A DNA stretch of 24,752 nucleotides, taken from positions 1 to 24,752 of the IMG/VR virus record IMGVR_UViG_3300038393_000974, one strand, 5' to 3'. The translations under genes and the position numbers were made by a program. Positions 22,686-24,752 of the stretch are shown piece after piece. The stretch's first letter is position 1. Every line of letters begins with the position of its first letter. Origin of the DNA: a virus (Duplodnaviria; Caudoviricetes). Below the pieces are notes generated by a model. That model had not been told where the DNA came from. It worked only from the letters and a program-made list of their open reading frames with translations, and did not search any database.

Positions 22686-24752
22686 CGAGATCGTGTATTC
22701 GGCAACGTAAGATCTGTTGATTGCACTGTTCCTGAAGGATACGCAGTACGTACCAGCCGGAGCTCGTACACCGAAGCGCAGCGTGAACGTTTTAGCTGAG
22801 CCCGTTCCAAGTAACAGATCTACCGCCCGTGAACCCTCTATGCTCTGAATGATCAAAACGTATTCACCGGATGCAATGGAGGTATCGGCGGATGTGACGG
22901 TGACTCGCTGCCTGTTCGGTGATCCAGCCGGCGTAGTGCTGGCTACCTGTGCTACTGATATCGCTCCGGTAGTCGAAAACGTGGTGTAGAACTGGTCTAC
23001 CGCGTAGTAATTAGCCGTTGTTCCCGCGGTTGTACCGTTTTCCTGGCTGACCATCATCGCTCCGTTCACGATGTAGTTCTTCTCAGCCACCCCGATGTTC
23101 GCCCTGAACGCGTCCGTATCGACGATGTCCGCGCCGTTCTGGCTCTTGTCGTAGGTGTTCACAGCGGCGAACGGGCTCACGGCGTATACGTAGACCTCGT
23201 CTCCCGCTGAGCACGCGCCGGAGAGTGTGATCGAGCTGCCCGATGTAGCGGTGTACTCCGTGGGCGGAAGCCACCTGCCGTTCACGACGACCTCCGCGTA
23301 TCCCGGCGTGTAGTTCATGCTCAGACCGTTCACGTCCGATCCGGTGAACGTCGACTGCCCGGCGGATGCCGTGTACAGGTACCTCTGCTGGAATCCGGCC
23401 GATGATCCTCCGGCAGCCGCGATCGCCTGCGCTGTGCTCCACGGCGTCATCACCGCGTTGTTTCCGGAGCCGCTCGTTGCCTGTCCGCTCGTCGCGGGCG
23501 GGAGTATGTAGTCGCCGATCGTCGCGGTCGTCACGTAGTCGTACACGATCGGCTCGGTGTTCCCGCCTCCCCCGGTGTTCGACGATCCGCTTCCCGATCC
23601 TCCCGCCTGCATGATCTGCTGAAGCGCGCCGCTTACCTGCCCGAACATCTCGGTGAACTTCTTCTGCGGGTCGTTCTCGCGCTTCTTGGCGTACTTCAGC
23701 GGGATCTTCAGCAGGCTCTGCGGGTTGATGCTTCCCGATATCTCGCTCTGCGCCACCGGATTCGATGCGAAGGCGTTCATGATCATGCTCAGCGCCTGGC
23801 CCGCCGGTCCGTGCGACGACGATGCCGATGCCGCACCCTGAACACCGCCGGTCAGTGCTGTGCCCACTGCGGATCTGCCGATGGACGCCAGTTCCTGCGG
23901 GCTGGTTCCGATCGAGTTCCCGATGTTGGCCAGAATCGACGACAGGTCGCAGAACGCCTGCGGGTCCCTGAACATCGCGATGAGTCCTCCCGCACCGCCT
24001 GCCTGATCCGCCGTTCGATTCAGGTACGATGTGATTCCCGCCCAAGCCTGATTCAATCCAGTCAGGTACTCAGTCTTTAAAGAGGTTAGGTAAGCGGTGT
24101 TGTCGGGTAGGTTTGAGACTTGAAGTGCCTGATCGACCCTCTCGATCTGCTCCATGACAGACGGTGATACGCTCAGGACGTCGGGTGCCAGGGAGTTTCC
24201 GACTCGAGTCAGGGATCCATCCAGGGCCAGGCTCTTGATCGTCTGGGGTGAGGCTCCGTTGACTATCTGCCAGCAGGCGAGTAGTTCCCTGACAATCTCC
24301 GTTAAGTTCATCAGGGGAGGCGCTGAGAAGTCGGACGCTGCCTGGGACGCGGCCTGCTGCATCAGTCCCGATCCGATCATCTCCTGAGACGTTCCGTACG
24401 ATGATTGACGGAGCTTCTGGATCAGGTCGACTCCGGCCTTGATGGCACCCGATGCGTTTCCATCCATTCCCTTGATCATCTGGAGGATGTCGGCGCCCTG
24501 TGTGTTCTTGATGTTGCCTATCGACTTATCATCGGGCTTCTTGGCCTTCTCACCCTTCTTGAACGGCGCTCGGTCTCGGGAGTCCTTGTAGGCGTCCTGT
24601 TCATCGGGCTCTTGATAGGGCTTATCGGTCTTAGGGTCCCGTGATGTGGGTGTGGTGGTGTCCTTGCCCTCTCCGTCTCGAGCACCCGACTGCTCCTTGC
24701 CCTTTCCCTGAACCTGGCGGGGCGTGTCGGGCTGCTCGCTCGATCCCGATCC
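22080..24752 (-). CDS. Large virion protein, 5' end outside the window; helical/low-complexity region followed by fibre-like C-terminal domains
   Basis: Frame stays open for 91 more codons from 24479 to the window edge; YTASAGQSTFTG..VVVNG..L...EYTATSG repeat unit, then KNYIVNGAMMVSQENG...ELALCRRY...LNARM. Confidence 0.75.
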   Translation of the reverse strand, partial: GSGSSEQPDTPRQVQGKGKEQSGARDGEGKDTTTPTSRDPKTDKPYQEPDEQDAYKDSRDRAPFKKGEKAKKPDDKSIGNIKNTQGADILQMIKGMDGNASGAIKAGVDLIQKLRQSSYGTSQEMIGSGLMQQAASQAASDFSAPPLMNLTEIVRELLACWQIVNGASPQTIKSLALDGSLTRVGNSLAPDVLSVSPSVMEQIERVDQALQVSNLPDNTAYLTSLKTEYLTGLNQAWAGITSYLNRTADQAGGAGGLIAMFRDPQAFCDLSSILANIGNSIGTSPQELASIGRSAVGTALTGGVQGAASASSSHGPAGQALSMIMNAFASNPVAQSEISGSINPQSLLKIPLKYAKKRENDPQKKFTEMFGQVSGALQQIMQAGGSGSGSSNTGGGGNTEPIVYDYVTTATIGDYILPPATSGQATSGSGNNAVMTPWSTAQAIAAAGGSSAGFQQRYLYTASAGQSTFTGSDVNGLSMNYTPGYAEVVVNGRWLPPTEYTATSGSSITLSGACSAGDEVYVYAVSPFAAVNTYDKSQNGADIVDTDAFRANIGVAEKNYIVNGAMMVSQENGTTAGTTANYYAVDQFYTTFSTTGAISVAQVASTTPAGSPNRQRVTVTSADTSIASGEYVLIIQSIEGSRAVDLLLGTGSAKTFTLRFGVRAPAGTYCVSFRNSAINRSYVAEYTISAGEANTDVVKSVTVPGDVSGTWLTNSGIGITVIWGLAVGSTYQTATPGSWSGVNYHGTANQFNLMGTVGNVFELFDVGLYEGTAAPDFVVPDFAPELALCRRYFIPIAPSTFFGGGTLRTGGTAGYGFVPSTPMRATPTISTSGLSTIGGDTIVAVSSIAIGSYTGSGYNVSPNMSTSGGGLGYAFVFYQQTGKNALNARM

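Noticed and set aside
21059-23085. Diversity-generating retroelement or invertible shufflon at the duplicated fibre domains
   Set aside because: Differences are not adenine-specific, repeats are direct and both copies are open; no reverse transcriptase or invertase in the window.
23083-24045. 320-aa alternative-frame ORF
   Set aside because: Arg/Gly/His-rich shadow of a GC-rich gene, nested within the real ORF.
1-24752. tRNA/rRNA genes, introns, inteins, homing endonucleases, stop-codon recoding
   Set aside because: None recognised by eye; intergenic gaps are short and core genes read through intact with TAA, TAG and TGA all used as stops.

Overview
Fragment of a large T4-like (myovirus) bacteriophage genome, probably infecting an alphaproteobacterium (host is inference). 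Left ~10.4 kb, minus strand: late baseplate module read right to left as stand-alone gp5 C-terminal needle, [antisense early gene], gp25 (apparent CTG start), gp6, a His-rich ADP-ribosyltransferase with a capsid-targeting-like N-terminus, gp7 (with a SPRY-like insertion and a 20-aa repeat tail) and gp8. Middle ~10.5-20.6 kb: accessory region of about 35 small ORFs (HAD, Lar-like, DUF551-like, a paralogous Cys-motif pair, membrane peptides) in two convergent blocks meeting at a bidirectional terminator, organised as repeated sigma70-type promoter cassettes. Right ~4 kb: a 5'-truncated large virion protein ending in a fibre/receptor-binding-like domain, a tandem paralogue of that domain with a different tip, and a fibre-assembly chaperone-like gene. 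Most notable: the packaged-looking ADP-ribosyltransferase inside the baseplate operon, promoter-overlapping hairpins that would make translation depend on which promoter made the transcript, the promoter-cassette array with a shared spacer motif, the split gp5 and the duplicated fibre domain. All family calls are from motif recognition by eye; no searches were run.
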